NCBI RefSeq assembly: GCF_001194135.2
Contig: NC_068983.1
Span: 135,047,921-135,111,920, forward strand
Reading direction: 5' to 3'
DNA from: Octopus bimaculoides
Taxonomy: Eukaryota
Length of the DNA stretch: 64,000 bases
Shown: in pieces, positions 50,013 to 62,264 of the stretch
How the letters are laid out: every line of letters begins with the position of its first letter
Numbering within the stretch: the first letter of the stretch is position 1
Notes under the pieces: model-generated
Database searches by the model: none
Told to the model about the DNA's origin: nothing
Seen by the model: the letters and a program-made list of their open reading frames with translations, nothing else
Position numbers and translations under genes: made by a program

Positions 50013-51860
50013 NNNNNNNNNNNNNNNNNNNNNNNNNNNNNNNNNNNNNNNNNNNNNNNNNNNNNNNNNNNNNNNNNNNNNNNNNNNNNNNNNNNNNNNN
50101 NNNNNNNNNNNNNNNNNNNNNNNNNNNNNNNNNNNNNNNNNNNNNNNNNNNNNNNNNNNNNNNNNNNNNNNNNNNNNNNNNNNNNNNNNNNNNNNNNNNN
50201 NNNNNNNNNNNNNNNNNNNNNNNNNNNNNNNNNNNNNNNNNNNNNNNNNNNNNNNNNNNNNNNNNNNNNNNNNNNNNNNNNNNNNNNNNNNNNNNNNNNN
50301 NNNNNNNNNNNNNNNNNNNNNNNNNNNNNNNNNNNNNNNNNNNNNNNNNNNNNNNNNNNNNNNNNNNNNNNNNNNNNNNNNNNNNNNNNNNNNNNNNNNN
50401 NNNNNNNNNNNNNNNNNNNNNNNNNNNNNNNNNNNNNNNNNNNNNNNNNNNNNNNNNNNNNNNNNNNNNNNNNNNNNNNNNNNNNNNNNNNNNNNNNNNN
50501 NNNNNNNNNNNNNNNNNNNNNNNNNNNNNNNNNNNNNNNNNNNNNNNNNNNNNNNNNNNNNNNNNNNNNNNNNNNNNNNNNNNNNNNNNNNNNNNNNNNN
50601 NNNNNNNNNNNNNNNNNNNNNNNNNNNNNNNNNNNNNNNNNNNNNNNNNNNNNNNNNNNNNNNNNNNNNNNNNTATATATATATATATATATATATGCAT
50701 GTGTGTATGTATGTATGTATGCAGGTATATATATGCAAGTATGTATGAATGCAGGTATATATATATGTGTGTATACATGTATATATATTCTTTGTATTAT
50801 TACATTATTGAACGCACACGTCCTTTTTTGCAAGTAAGTCTACTATATATATATATATATATGTATATATCATCATCATCATTTAACGTCTGTTGTGGTG
50901 GGATGTGGGGTTGATGCTAGTCAAAAACCACAACACCACAACCTATCACTTGAAAAATGTCACACTTGACGTTTTTTTTTTAAAATCTTGGAAGTGGGTA
51001 AGAGTGTGCATTCTTCAATGGAATTAGCATTTTGTGTTTAATGATAACTTTTAATTTTTGACCAAGACCTTTTTCAATTATAATATCTACTATATGCTGT
51101 TTTGAAATTTTAATCATAACAGCTATTTTTTTCTGCTGATATAGTAATTTTTACAATTAATATTCATGAATTTTTGTTAAAAAATATAATAGTTAAAACA
51201 ATTAACTCTACGTTACTTGTGTCAGATTTAATCAAAGAGCATAAACTGCAGTTGGATCTATATATATAGTTATTTAAAAGTTTTCATTGTTATATCCCTG
51301 AACTTTTAGATATAATGAAGATTTTCAAAGAAAACAGTAAACTTTCTTTGATATTTCAAACTTTTCATAATTTTATTTTTTGTTTTGCATTTTTTCCCCC
51401 AAAATTTCATCGTAATGTAATTTCAGTTTAAAATGTACAGAATTTTTTTTAGCCCAGTTGAGACCAAATTATCTATGCATTTCAATTTTATAAAAAAAAT
51501 TCAATAATTTAGAGGAATTTAATAAAATAATGAATGGTGCTGTAAAACTGGTGTATGGAACATAAATATTCTTACATAAAATTGTGATGAAAAGTCTTAA
51601 CTTAAATATGAACAGTTTGAAATAAGAAGTTTCGTGTCATCGATCTTGGGGTGGTCTCAAGTGGGATGATATCAAGAGTGAAATATTACTTCTAAACTTG
51701 CTAACATACATAATAATACATTTTTAAAATTAAAATAATTAACTTTTTAATAATGTCTTTTTTTTTTTTATCATAATATATATATTTGTTTTTTGGTTTT
51801 TCTTTGGTACATTCACTCATAGAAAATAATAAAGTTTTTCAAATATTTTTTGTATCTTAC

Positions 51861-52011
51861 CTGAACGGATGCAATCTGCTATAGTACCACCAAACTTGGT
51901 CTTTAAACCTTTCAACTTATCAAAACGTTCCTTAGTGAGATGTTTCTTCAATAAAGAATGACAGTCCTTTGCAGCCAGAAGAGTCTGGAATAGTTCTTCT
52001 CCATCAGCCAT
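51861..52011 (-). CDS. AK: Arginine kinase alternative first coding exon A (distal): [50 protein letters not shown](G)
   Basis: ATG at 52011, phase-1 GTAAGA donor at 51860. SLLKKHLT...KTKFGGT.ADCIRSG is the phosphagen kinase N-terminal domain and resembles the recalled octopus muscle AK N-terminus. Confidence 0.93.
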
Positions 52012-52086
52012 AGTTATAACTTAGTTAATGTTCCAAGTATTGGGGTAAAATAGTCAGATGCAGCAAAGAAAGCTGCTTGCCAGGGG

Positions 52087-52131
52087 TTTATATACCTGTT
52101 CATCTCCTCAGGATTAGCTCATTTTTATTGG
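52087..52131 (-). promoter_or_regulatory. Core promoter of AK exon A: CCAAT (52131-52127) and TATATAAA (52094-52087)
   Basis: On the minus strand AGCCAAT is followed by GGTATATAAACC, about 80 nt upstream of the ATG at 52011. Confidence 0.7.
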
Positions 52132-52321
52132 CTAAAAAGAAAGGTAACAGGCAGAGTAGTTTTGGAGTTCATAGTATTTATAAAAAAAAAAATTAAGAAA
52201 AAAAGGAATTCTCTTTTGGAGCAGGGTTAGGGTGGAAAATTTAGAATAGCTATGAGAAGACAGCTGTATGTGTACTTAGGTGTGTATGCATTTATGACGT
52301 AAAAGTGTATTTGTGTGTGCA

Positions 52322-52362
<41 letters not shown>

Positions 52363-53400
52363 AAGAGTGTGAGACATACAGACAGATAGACAGAGTATGA
52401 GAAAGTGTGTGTGTGTGTGTGTGTGTGTATACACCTGTATATAATTATTAGACCCTTCCATTCATATTCTTAGTGTGTATGTTTTATGCAAATCCAAATG
52501 TCTTACCAATCTCAGAGAAGCAGCTTTGGGGGTGAGGTGTGTGGGGTTGATGCTAGTCAAAAACCAATGAAAATAAGGTGAATTAGGTGGCTAAGTAACC
52601 CTGATTGGGGTAAGTAGCTAAGTGAAACAGTATTATGGGGTGAAGGGAGGTACCAAAAGTAAGAAACCAAAATGGAATGATTATTATTTCATAGGCTAAC
52701 ATTCTGGGACAGAAAGCAGCATCAACTGTGCCAAAAATACAGCAATATCTGTTATCTTAAATTTCATTTGTATGTCTTTATTCTCTCTCTCTCTCTCCCC
52801 CCTCTCTCCCCCCCTCTCTCTNNNNNNNNNNNNNNNNNNNNNNNNNNNNNNNNNNNNNNNNNNNNNNNNNCTGTACAGTATATGTATCAGTATTTATATT
52901 AGAAAGTAACTGTGTACAGGTAACTCTAATGTATATTAGTAAATCTAATATATATATAGTCTTTGTATATCTATTAGAATTTCTATATGGAATTGCTAAA
53001 TTATTATTAAATTACTTTATGCATTAATAATTGTTTCTTGGAAGTCAAAATAATAATTTGAAAATTGTAGCTGTTCATTTTGTGTTAAGAATATTAATGG
53101 AAATGAGTCAACCAGAGAGCCTCTACACAGTTGATTAGTATCCTGGAAATAGCAACCAATTACACTCAATTGTCTTTAAGAAAAACAAAAAAAAAAAAAC
53201 GAGAGGGCTAGAATTAGAATACTTTTGCTCATCAACATTAATTTGGTGATAAATAACAATATTGGCAAACATTTTAAAATTTTACTTTCTATGACCGATT
53301 TCTACATTAAAGGAGACATTTATAACTTAGTTATTCTCAAATTATTTCACTGATCTCTGATTGCCTCTATTGTGAAACCCTTTACCTGAATGTAAATATT

Positions 53401-55211
53401 GATTTCAAATTTTGGTACAAGGCCAGCAAGTTTGGAAGAAGGATAAGTCGATTACATCAACCTCAGTGCTCAACTGGTCCTTATTTTATTGACCCTGAAA
53501 GGCTGAAAATCAAAGTCAACCTTGGTAGCATTTGAATTCAGATGAAACACCATTAGGCATTTTGCTTGGCACGCTAACAGTTATGCCAGTTTGCCACCTT
53601 CTTGAATGTAAATATTAAGATAATGATTAAATTAATCTCAGTATTCAACTGGTACTTATCTCAAAAGGATAAAAGAGAAAGTTAAGCTTGGCAGAATTTG
53701 AACTCAGAATATAATGAGTCAGAAAAAATACCTTTAGCCCTTTCATTACCAATCTGGCTAAAACCGGCTCTGGCTCTTTAGTATAAATGTCTTGTTTTCA
53801 TAATTTTTGAATTAAAATCTTCCACCAAATCTTAGTCACAATTTATGTTCCTAACACTAGCTTAATGATAACAAAGTTATTTTACTAAATTCTTTGTTAT
53901 ATTTAAAATAATTGAAAGAAACACAGAGCATCTCAAAATAAATACAGTAATGAAAGGGTTAAGCATTTTTCCCCAGTATGCTAACGATTCTGCCAGCTCA
54001 CCACCTTTAATCCTTTCTACTACATGCACAAGGCCAGAAATTTTGTGGGGTGGAGCTAATCAGTTGCATCAACCCCAGTGCTCAACTGGTACTTATTTTA
54101 TCCAAAAGGAGGAACGACAAAATTGACCTTGGCAGGACTTGACCCCAGAGCATTAGGAGCTAAAAGAAGTATTGCCAAGCATTTTGTTTGACTTGCTAAT
54201 GATTTGACCAGCTCACTGCCTTAATAATAATAATAATCCTTTCTACAAAAGGCACAAGGCCTGAAGTTTTGTGGGAGAGGACTAGTCAATTACATTAACC
54301 CTTGTGTTTCACAGGTACTTAATTTATCAACTCCGAAAGGATGAAAGGCAGCTGACCTCAGTGGAATTTGAACTCAGAATGTAGCGACAGGTGAAAAACT
54401 GCTAAGCATTTCACCCAGCATGCTGCTAATGACTCTCCCAGCTTGCCAATTACTACTACTAATAATAATCATTTCTACTTTACGCACAAGGCCTGAAATT
54501 TTGGGGGAGGGGGCTAGTTGATTAGATCAACCCCAGTATGCAACTGGTACTTAATTTATTAACCCCGAAAGGATGAAAGGCAAGGGCGACCTTGGTGGAA
54601 TTTGAACTCACAACATAGCAGCAGGCAAAATACCACTAAGCATTTCACCCAGTGTGCTAACAATTCTGCCAGCTCGCCACCTTAATAATGATGATAATAA
54701 TGATAATAATAATCCTTTCTACTGTAGGCACAAGGTCTGAGATTTTGGGGGAGGGAGTAAGTCAATCACATCAACCCCAGTATTTGACTGGTACTTAATT
54801 TATAGACCCCGAAAGGTTGAAAGGCAGTCAACCTTGGCGGAATTTGAACTGAGAACATAAAGACAAGTGAAATGCTGCTAAGTATTTTACCTGGCGCAAT
54901 AATAATAATATTAATGATTTCTGATTTTGACACAAGGCCAGCAATTTAGTGGGAAGGGCATAGTTAATTACATCAACTCCAGTGCTCAAATAATACTTAC
55001 TTTATTGACCCCAAAAGAATGAAAGGTAGAGCTGACCTTGGTGGAATTTGAACTCAGAATGTGAAGCATGATGCTTTACCAATTATACCAACTCACCATC
55101 TTAATAATAAGAATAAGAATAATGTGTTTATTGATTACAATAAGGTGTAATATGACTTATGAGAAAAAGGTATATGTGGGGAAACTGAAAGAAGCCCGTC
55201 GTATATATGTG

Positions 55212-55248
<37 letters not shown>

Positions 55249-56002
55249 ATGTTTGTGTGTCTGTATTTGTTCCCCCAACATCGCTTGACAACTGATGCTG
55301 GTGTGTTTAGGTCCCCGTAACATAGCAGTTCGGCAAAAGAGACCGATTGAATAAGTACTAGGCATCCAAAGAATAAGTCCTGGGGTCTTATTTGCTAGAC
55401 TAAAGGCGGTGCTCCAGCATGGCCGCAGTCAAATGACTGAAACAAGTAAAAGAGTAATAGAGTAAAGAGAGAGTGGGAATAGAAAGCAACAATAAATCAA
55501 GTAAAGAAAGAGTGCAATGACAGCCAAAAGTCCATGCACAGAACAGAATAAAACACAAAACGTGAACAGTAAAAGAAACATAAAGAGGAAGAGTGGAGAG
55601 GTATGCAAGGAGTAGTGCTGGTAAATTTCAAGAGGCATGGAATTTTTGAAAGATACAGTGTCTTGAGACAATGCAAGTAATTTATTCCATACTTGGATAA
55701 TTCTGAGCATGAAAAAATGTTTCCCAAATTCATGGGTGCTTTAGTATGTTTTGATTTTATAATCATGTCCACAGGTAGTAGATATAGTCTTTTCTACTTT
55801 AGGCACAAGGCCCAAAATTTTTGGGGTGGGAGCCAATTGATTAGATTGATTCCAGTATGCAACTGGTACCTAATTTATCAACCCCGAAAGGATGAGAGGC
55901 AAAGTCAACCTCGGCGGAATTGGAACTCATAACATAAAAACAGATGAAATACTGCCAAGTATTTCACCCCATGTGCTAACGTTTCTGCCAGCTCACCGCC
56001 TT
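53401..56002 (-). mobile_element. Cluster of about 8 same-orientation SINE copies (family of 45504-45718), interspersed with a MITE and a CORE-like SINE (about 55180-55460)
   Basis: Copies at approximately 53401-53600, 53625-54006, 54007-54222, 54223-54450, 54455-54683, 54684-54900, 54900-55102 and 55787-56002, separated by (TAA)n tails. Confidence 0.9.
53738..53958. mobile_element. piggyBac-like MITE (221 bp)
   Basis: Perfect 12-bp TIR CCCTTTCATTAC/GTAATGAAAGGG, flanked by TTAG (left) and TTAA (right). It splits a SINE copy. Confidence 0.75.
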
Positions 56003-57742
56003 AGGTAGTAGATATATTGAATTCAAAAAAGGTGGCCAAAGTTGTTGGAATAATGGTGGATAATCTTAGGGTTTCAACCAAGTCAGCTGCTAGATATGAA
56101 AAACTTTATTGTGTCAATGCCCAGAGACACAAGACACAAATCTCTCTCAACTTACATATTAGCATCTTAAAATAGGAATAATAAATTAAATAATGTAATA
56201 TTGGACGAAAGCCTTTGGTCATGCTTGATCAAAGCTGGCTTAATCCTTTAGCATTCAGATTATTCTGTCAAATGTAATATTTATTAATTCACATTGTTTT
56301 GAATTAATTATGCATTGTCTCAGAACTTCAAGATTTCAATGATGTGATTGTTTATTTTTTAGAATGACATTGTGAGGTAGGTGTGAAAAGCAGGATCTAG
56401 GTAGCTGTATTTACAAGGTTTGTGTTTTTTTCATTTGAAGATTATATATACATTCTGTTATTCTTTTACTCTTTTCAGTCATTTGATTGCGGCCATGCTA
56501 GAGTACCATATATCTATTTATTTATTCATACTGGTTAACTGGTATTGTGTTTATGTTACATTCCTTTATGTCCAATAGTTTAGTAGTTTAACAAATACAA
56601 ATTGGTAAAATAAGTACCAGACTGGAATGAGTATTTAGGACATACATATTGAGACATAAAGCATGGTCTTAATCCAGTGAGGGAGACCAATAAAAGAATG
56701 AAAGAATATCTATGTTAACTGTAGTTTGAATTAAAAATAAAAAGACAAAGTAGCCACTGGCCCTTATCAGGATCCACTAAGTTGGAAGCATTGGGGCCAG
56801 GTTTCCAGTTTGAGGATATCTTCCTTTCACTCTCCCATTAGTATTAGAGGACCCAAAACAGGTCATGAGTACTGCCTTCCCTCGTGACTAGAAGACAAAA
56901 AAACTGGTAGCTGAATAGATAATCTTTGATCATCATATTAGTTTTTAATACTTCATTTTATATAAAATATACTGATATATAATGATAATAAAAAATAAAT
57001 AAGAAATAATGCTTTACTGCATTATTATGTTTTTCTTGATAAAAGTGGGAGGAGAAAATCTTTGTAGCCTTTTACTTGGCATTAATGTAACTATAATCTT
57101 AATCTGGATTTTGATGAAAAAGAGAAGTGTATATTATACATAGTGTTTTGTGGTATATAATAGTCAATCTGCTTTTAACTGAATTTTTAATGACCACATC
57201 TTGCTAGCCTGACAGATTATTAGCTTACCATTTAACACTTTACAATGAAGCTAATTCTGTAAATGTCTACCATTGAGAAATGTCATATCTTAAATGAAAA
57301 GAACAGGAATAAATTATAAATAAACAGTAAAATGCCTTCTTGTGTTTTCTTTTATCTGTTAACCTCTTTCAGTCTAATGACTGAAATCATTCAGTCTAAT
57401 GATTGTGGCCATGCTGAGGCACTTGACAGGTTTATTCCAACGAATGGACCCCAGCACTTATTTTTTAAGTTTAGTACTCATTCTGTTGATCTCTTTTGCT
57501 AAACCTCTAAGTTATGACAATATAAACAAACCAACACTGATAGCACCAAAAAATAGTAATAATTATTTCAAATGTTGGCACAAGATCTGGAATTTTAGGG
57601 GAGGGATTTAGTTGATTAAGTCAACCCCAGTACTTAACTGGTACTTTATTCTATCTTGGCAAACTACAAAATTATGGAAAGTTTATAAGTTACTAGCAGA
57701 AATACCCATCGTTGCTTTGGATTAAAAGGGTATAGCTTTTCT

Positions 57743-58021
57743 TTCACTTGTTTCAGTCATGGGACTGTGGCCATGCTGGAGCATCACCTTTAGTTGAACA
57801 AATCGACGCCAGGATTTATTCTTTGTAAGCCTAGTACTTATCCCATCGGTGTTTTTTGCTGAACCGCTAAGTCATGGGGACGTAAACACACCAACGTTGG
57901 TTGTCAAGCGATGGTGGAGGTACAAACACACACACACACACAATACACATATATATGACAGTCTTCTTCCAATTTCCGTTTACCAAATCCACTGACACGG
58001 CTTTGGTCGGCCTGAGGCTAT
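57743..58021 (-). mobile_element. CORE-like SINE copy (family of 37716-38065), head lost at microsatellite/gap
   Basis: Body aligns with 37720-37970. Confidence 0.8.
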
Positions 58022-58294
58022 AGTATATAAGTGTGTGTGTGTGTATATNNNNNNNNNNNNNNNNNNNNNNNNNNNNNNNNNNNNNNNNNNNNNNNNNNNN
58101 NNNNNNNNNNNNNNNNNNNNNNNNNNNNNNNNNNNNNNNNNNNNNNNNNNNNNNNNNNNNNNNNNNNNNNNNNNNNNNNNNNNNNNNNNNNNNNNNNNNN
58201 NNNNNNNNNNNNNNNNNNNNNNNNNNNNNNNNNATATATATACATATATATATATACATATATATATATACATATATATATGTACATTTATATA

Positions 58295-58690
58295 TCATCG
58301 TCATCATCATCATCATTTAACGTCCGCTTTCCATGCTGGCATGGGTTCCACGGTTTGACTGAGGAATGGCAAGCCAGAAGGCTGAACCAGGCACCAATCT
58401 GATCTGGCAAGGTTTCTATAGCTGGATGCCCTTCCTAATGCCAACCACTCTCAGAGTGTAGTGGGTACTGGCACAAGGGCCAGTCAGGTGCATTTTACAT
58501 GCCACCAGCATGGGAGCCAGTCAGCTAGCACTGGCAACAACCAGGCCCGAATGGTGCTTTTCACGTGCCACCAGCACGGGACCACTCAGATAGCACTAGC
58601 ATTGATCATGCTCGAATGGTGCTTTTTACATGCCACCAGCACAGGTGCCAGTCAGGCAGTACTGGCATCGGCCACAACAATGACTTCACT
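58295..58690 (-). mobile_element. RTE 3'UTR fragment between TA-rich microsatellites
   Basis: Reverse complement of the 19950-20336 tail. Confidence 0.8.
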
Positions 58691-58949
58691 TGACTATATA
58701 TATATATATATATATAAATACCTTCTTCAGCACGTGTTACCATAATGGAAAGCCATGACCCATCACGTAGAAGTCTGCACTGCAACTGATTTGTTTTCAC
58801 CAAAACATGGCAGCCACCAGTGTGAAAATCATTTCAATACGGAGCAAATAATTCAGGGAAAAATATTTGTGAAGATATTATTGACTCTATTATTATCTAG
58901 AGTAACAATTAAAAATGATAATAACAGAATCAATAATATAGGTAATTGC

Positions 58950-60186
58950 AAGCCCTCTCTTTGCAGCCTCGTTTAGTGCAAGTGAACCATCATCCATGCG
59001 GATGCATTTCTCTCCTATGACATCACAATTCTCTCTCACACACTGTCTTGCAACACGAAATACCTCAAGTCTTTGGTTCTCACGGCGCAGAACATTGGCA
59101 ATTTTTTTTCTTATCTACTTCCTCTCTGGCTAAGTAAACCTGTCTCCTAGCTTCCCTTCTGGCAGTCTGATACAATTCCCTGCTACCACCATTCTTCCAG
59201 TCCTTCAAAGCCTGTTTCTTTTCTCTAATAGCCCTGTCAATAACATTATTCCACCACCACGTTACCTTGGGATGAGAGGGGACTTTGCACCATCCACAGA
59301 TCTGGTTAGTGGCCCTCAGCAGGTTGTCCCATAGAAACCTCCAGTTGTCTTCTACATCATGTGATGCTATATCCCTTTCTATTTCGTCAAAGGCTTCGAG
59401 TAATACGCCTCTAAATCTCTGTTCATTCGCAGGATCTTTAAGCTTCTAGACCCTTCTCCATTTAGCCCTGATCCTGAAGTCACTAACTACTAGTCTATAT
59501 TGTGGGGTACATTCTTCACCTGGGAAGGTTTTGGCATTTATAAGCAGCCATCTTTTCCTTTTTCTGGCGAGGATGCAGTCAATTTAGTTAGTGTGTCTCG
59601 CAGAACTTCAGCAGCCTGGTTCCCTCCTCATTGCGGGAACCAAATCCATAGCCTCCATGTACACCATGAACCCCACTGCATGTTGTCCATCATGTCCATT
59701 GAAGTCACCAGCCACAAAGAGAAGGTGCCTGTCATTCGTCAACGAGGTATTCTGCAAGTGGGTGTAATAAAATCGGTCTTTCTGTCCATCAGGTAGCCCC
59801 GGCTGAGGGTCATAGGCCAAGATAATGGTTGCTAACCCATGATGTAGCATAAATCTAATCTTAAGTATTCTATCGCATACTCTGACTACCTCGATTACCT
59901 TATCAACCCATTTCTCCGCAAGAAGTATACCCACACCCCTGACCCTGTCAGTGTTCCCTGCCCAGAAAATCTTGTACCTGTGTTCTTTGCCTGTGAGGAA
60001 CCTAGCGGAACCTCGTCTCGACCTTACTTCTTGGAGGCAGCACAAATCTACACGTCTCCGTTCAAGCATCTCAACAATATCATCAGACCTACCTTTCAGT
60101 GTGCCCACGTTGAGAGTACCAGCTCTGAGGATGTGGGAAGTGTGTGCCTGTGAGACCTTGGCATGGGGGACAGCAGCACTATGTAC
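58950..60186 (-). mobile_element. RTE LINE 5' coding portion: AP-endonuclease domain and linker, frameshifted, broken off before RT
   Basis: LRAGTLNVGTLKGRS...DLCCLQEVR...GVGILL...AGDFNGH...RNEEGTRLL...IDCIL...TWWWNN. Confidence 0.9.
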
Positions 60187-61804
60187 CTGAAAAGAAAGCT
60201 AGCATTTGGCAGAATTCATAAACAAACAATAGCCTTCAGCCTGCATACACTACACCATCATTTTTATGCACTATATGATCACTATCTTACATAGGAGATA
60301 AAACCTAAGTAGAGGTGGGGATGGCGTTAAGCCTTTAGAAGTGTTCATGAGAGACAACCAAAGGATGACAGAGGATAGGGACTTCCGGTACAGGTAGTGA
60401 GGGTGAGAGGCCGGGCGTACCGCGAACTAGCTAATTTAGACGAGGGCATCTTCTGGATTCGTACTCTTTCGGCGGAGTTATGAAAATCGAGTAGGGGAAT
60501 CCGAGTGCGTGCGCTAGTTTATATAGGGTTGGGTGGTGGTGGAGGAGGGAGAAGTGTTGGCGAAGCAAGTGGTAATCGAAACAGAGAGAGAGACAGAGTG
60601 AGGCAGAAAGAGAGAGAGAGAGTGGGGCCAGAGTTAGGGAGGTCAGGGATAGAACACGAGGGAGAAAAATATTATTTTGGGATTTTGTGTAACATAATTT
60701 AATGAAACAGCAAAATGCTGATAATAGTGAAATAGAATTGAAAAATCTTAGAATTTTCGGTCAGCCAATCTGTGACAAAATTAGAGAAATAAGTGACGAT
60801 GTGACAAACTTGAATAAATGAATAAGTGACGAATAGCGAGTATGCATGAAGGAACTTAAGTTTGTCTTAAGACAACAGCGATATATATATTATTTATTAT
60901 ATATATATATANNNNNNNNNNNNNNNNNNNNNNNNNNNNNNNNNNNNNNNNNNNNNNNNNNNNNNNNNNNNNNNNNNNNNNNNNNNNNNNNNNNNNNNNN
61001 NNNNNNNNNNNNNNNNNNNNNNNNNNNNNNNNNNNNNNNNNNNNNNNNNNNNNNNNNNNNNNNNNNNNNNNNNNNNNNNNNNNNNNNNNNNNNNNNNNNN
61101 NNNNNNNNNNNNNNNNNNNNNNNNNNNNNNNNNNNNNNNNNNNNNNNNNNNNNNNNNNNNNNNNNNNNNNNNNNNNNNNNNNNNNNNNNNNNNNNNNNNN
61201 NNNNNNNNNNNNNNNNNNNNNNNNNNNNNNNNNNNNNNNNNNNNNNNNNNNNNNNNNNNNNNNNNNNNNNNNNNNNNNNNNNNNNNNNNNNNNNNNNNNN
61301 NNNNNNNNNNNNNNNNNNNNNNNNNNNNNNNNNNNNNNNNNNNNNNNNNNNNNNNNNNNNNNNNNNNNNNNNNNNNNNNNNNNNNNNNNNNNNNNNNNNN
61401 NNNNNNNNNNNNNNNNNNNNNNNNNNNNNNNNNNNNNNNNNNNNNNNNNNNNNNNNNNNNNNNNNNNNNNNNNNNNNNNNNNNNNNNNNNNNNNNNNNNN
61501 NNNNNNNNNNNNNNNNNNNNNNNNNNNNNNNNNNNNNNNNNNNNNNNNNNNNNNNNNNNNNNNNNNNNNNNNNNNNNNNNNNNNNNNNNNNNNNNNNNNN
61601 NNNNNNNNNNNNNNNNNNNNNNNNNNNNNNNNNNNNNNNNNNNNNNNNNNNNNNNNNNNNNNNNNNNNNNNNNNNNNNNNNNNNNNNNNNNNNNNNNNNN
61701 NNNNNNNNNNNNNNNNNNNNNNNNNNNNNNNNNNNNNNNNNNNNNNNNNNNNNNNNNNNNNNNNNNNNNNNNNNNNNNNNNNNNNNNNNNNNNNNNNNNN
61801 NNNN

Positions 61805-62264
61805 AGAGAACCCATTTCTCATCACCAGTTACTATTCGCTCCAAAAAAGGTTCATTCGTGAGACGTGACTACAGAGAAGAGTACATATTCACTCTCTGCG
61901 CGCGGTTAAACTTGGAAAGTTTAACCCATTGACCCAATTTGCTGATGGCACTCAGGTGTCGATGAATGGTTGAATGACCAAATCCAAGCTTCTCTGTTAG
62001 TTCCCCAACAGTTACAATGGGATTTTGTTCCATCAGGGTTTGCAGGACGTCCTCGTCGAGCTTTAAAGATATTCCAATATGAGGTTCGTCTTGTAGGCTG
62101 TAGTTTCCGGCTCGGAATTTCTGGAACGACCTTTGACACTGGCTTACGCTTATTGTCCGATCCCCATTTACTGCATTAATATCCCTCACACTTTCCATTG
62201 TGTTGTTGTCTTTATTGAACTCATAAAGCAAAATATGCCAAATATGCTCTTTTGTCACTTCCAT
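61805..62264 (-). mobile_element. mariner transposase remnant (N-terminal HTH domains to TGDEKWV), running into a gap
   Basis: MEVTKEHIWHILLYEFNK...FQKFRAG.YSLQDEP...HSTIHRHL and, in another frame, ERIVTGDEKWVL. Confidence 0.85.

Noticed and set aside
41253-51816. Two complete tandem AK genes
   Set aside because: No exon 2-6 sequence is visible here. The three gaps look like an overlap artefact, a LINE interior and an (AT)n break, while exons 2-6 span 4.5 kb. This is not fully excluded because gap sizes are unreliable.
30759-52011. Two-domain (bivalve-type) arginine kinase
   Set aside because: Only the first exon is duplicated; there is a single NEEDH and a single CPSNLGT.
46924-61868. Long ORFs full of X in the ORF track
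   Set aside because: Artefacts of N runs and flanking microsatellites.
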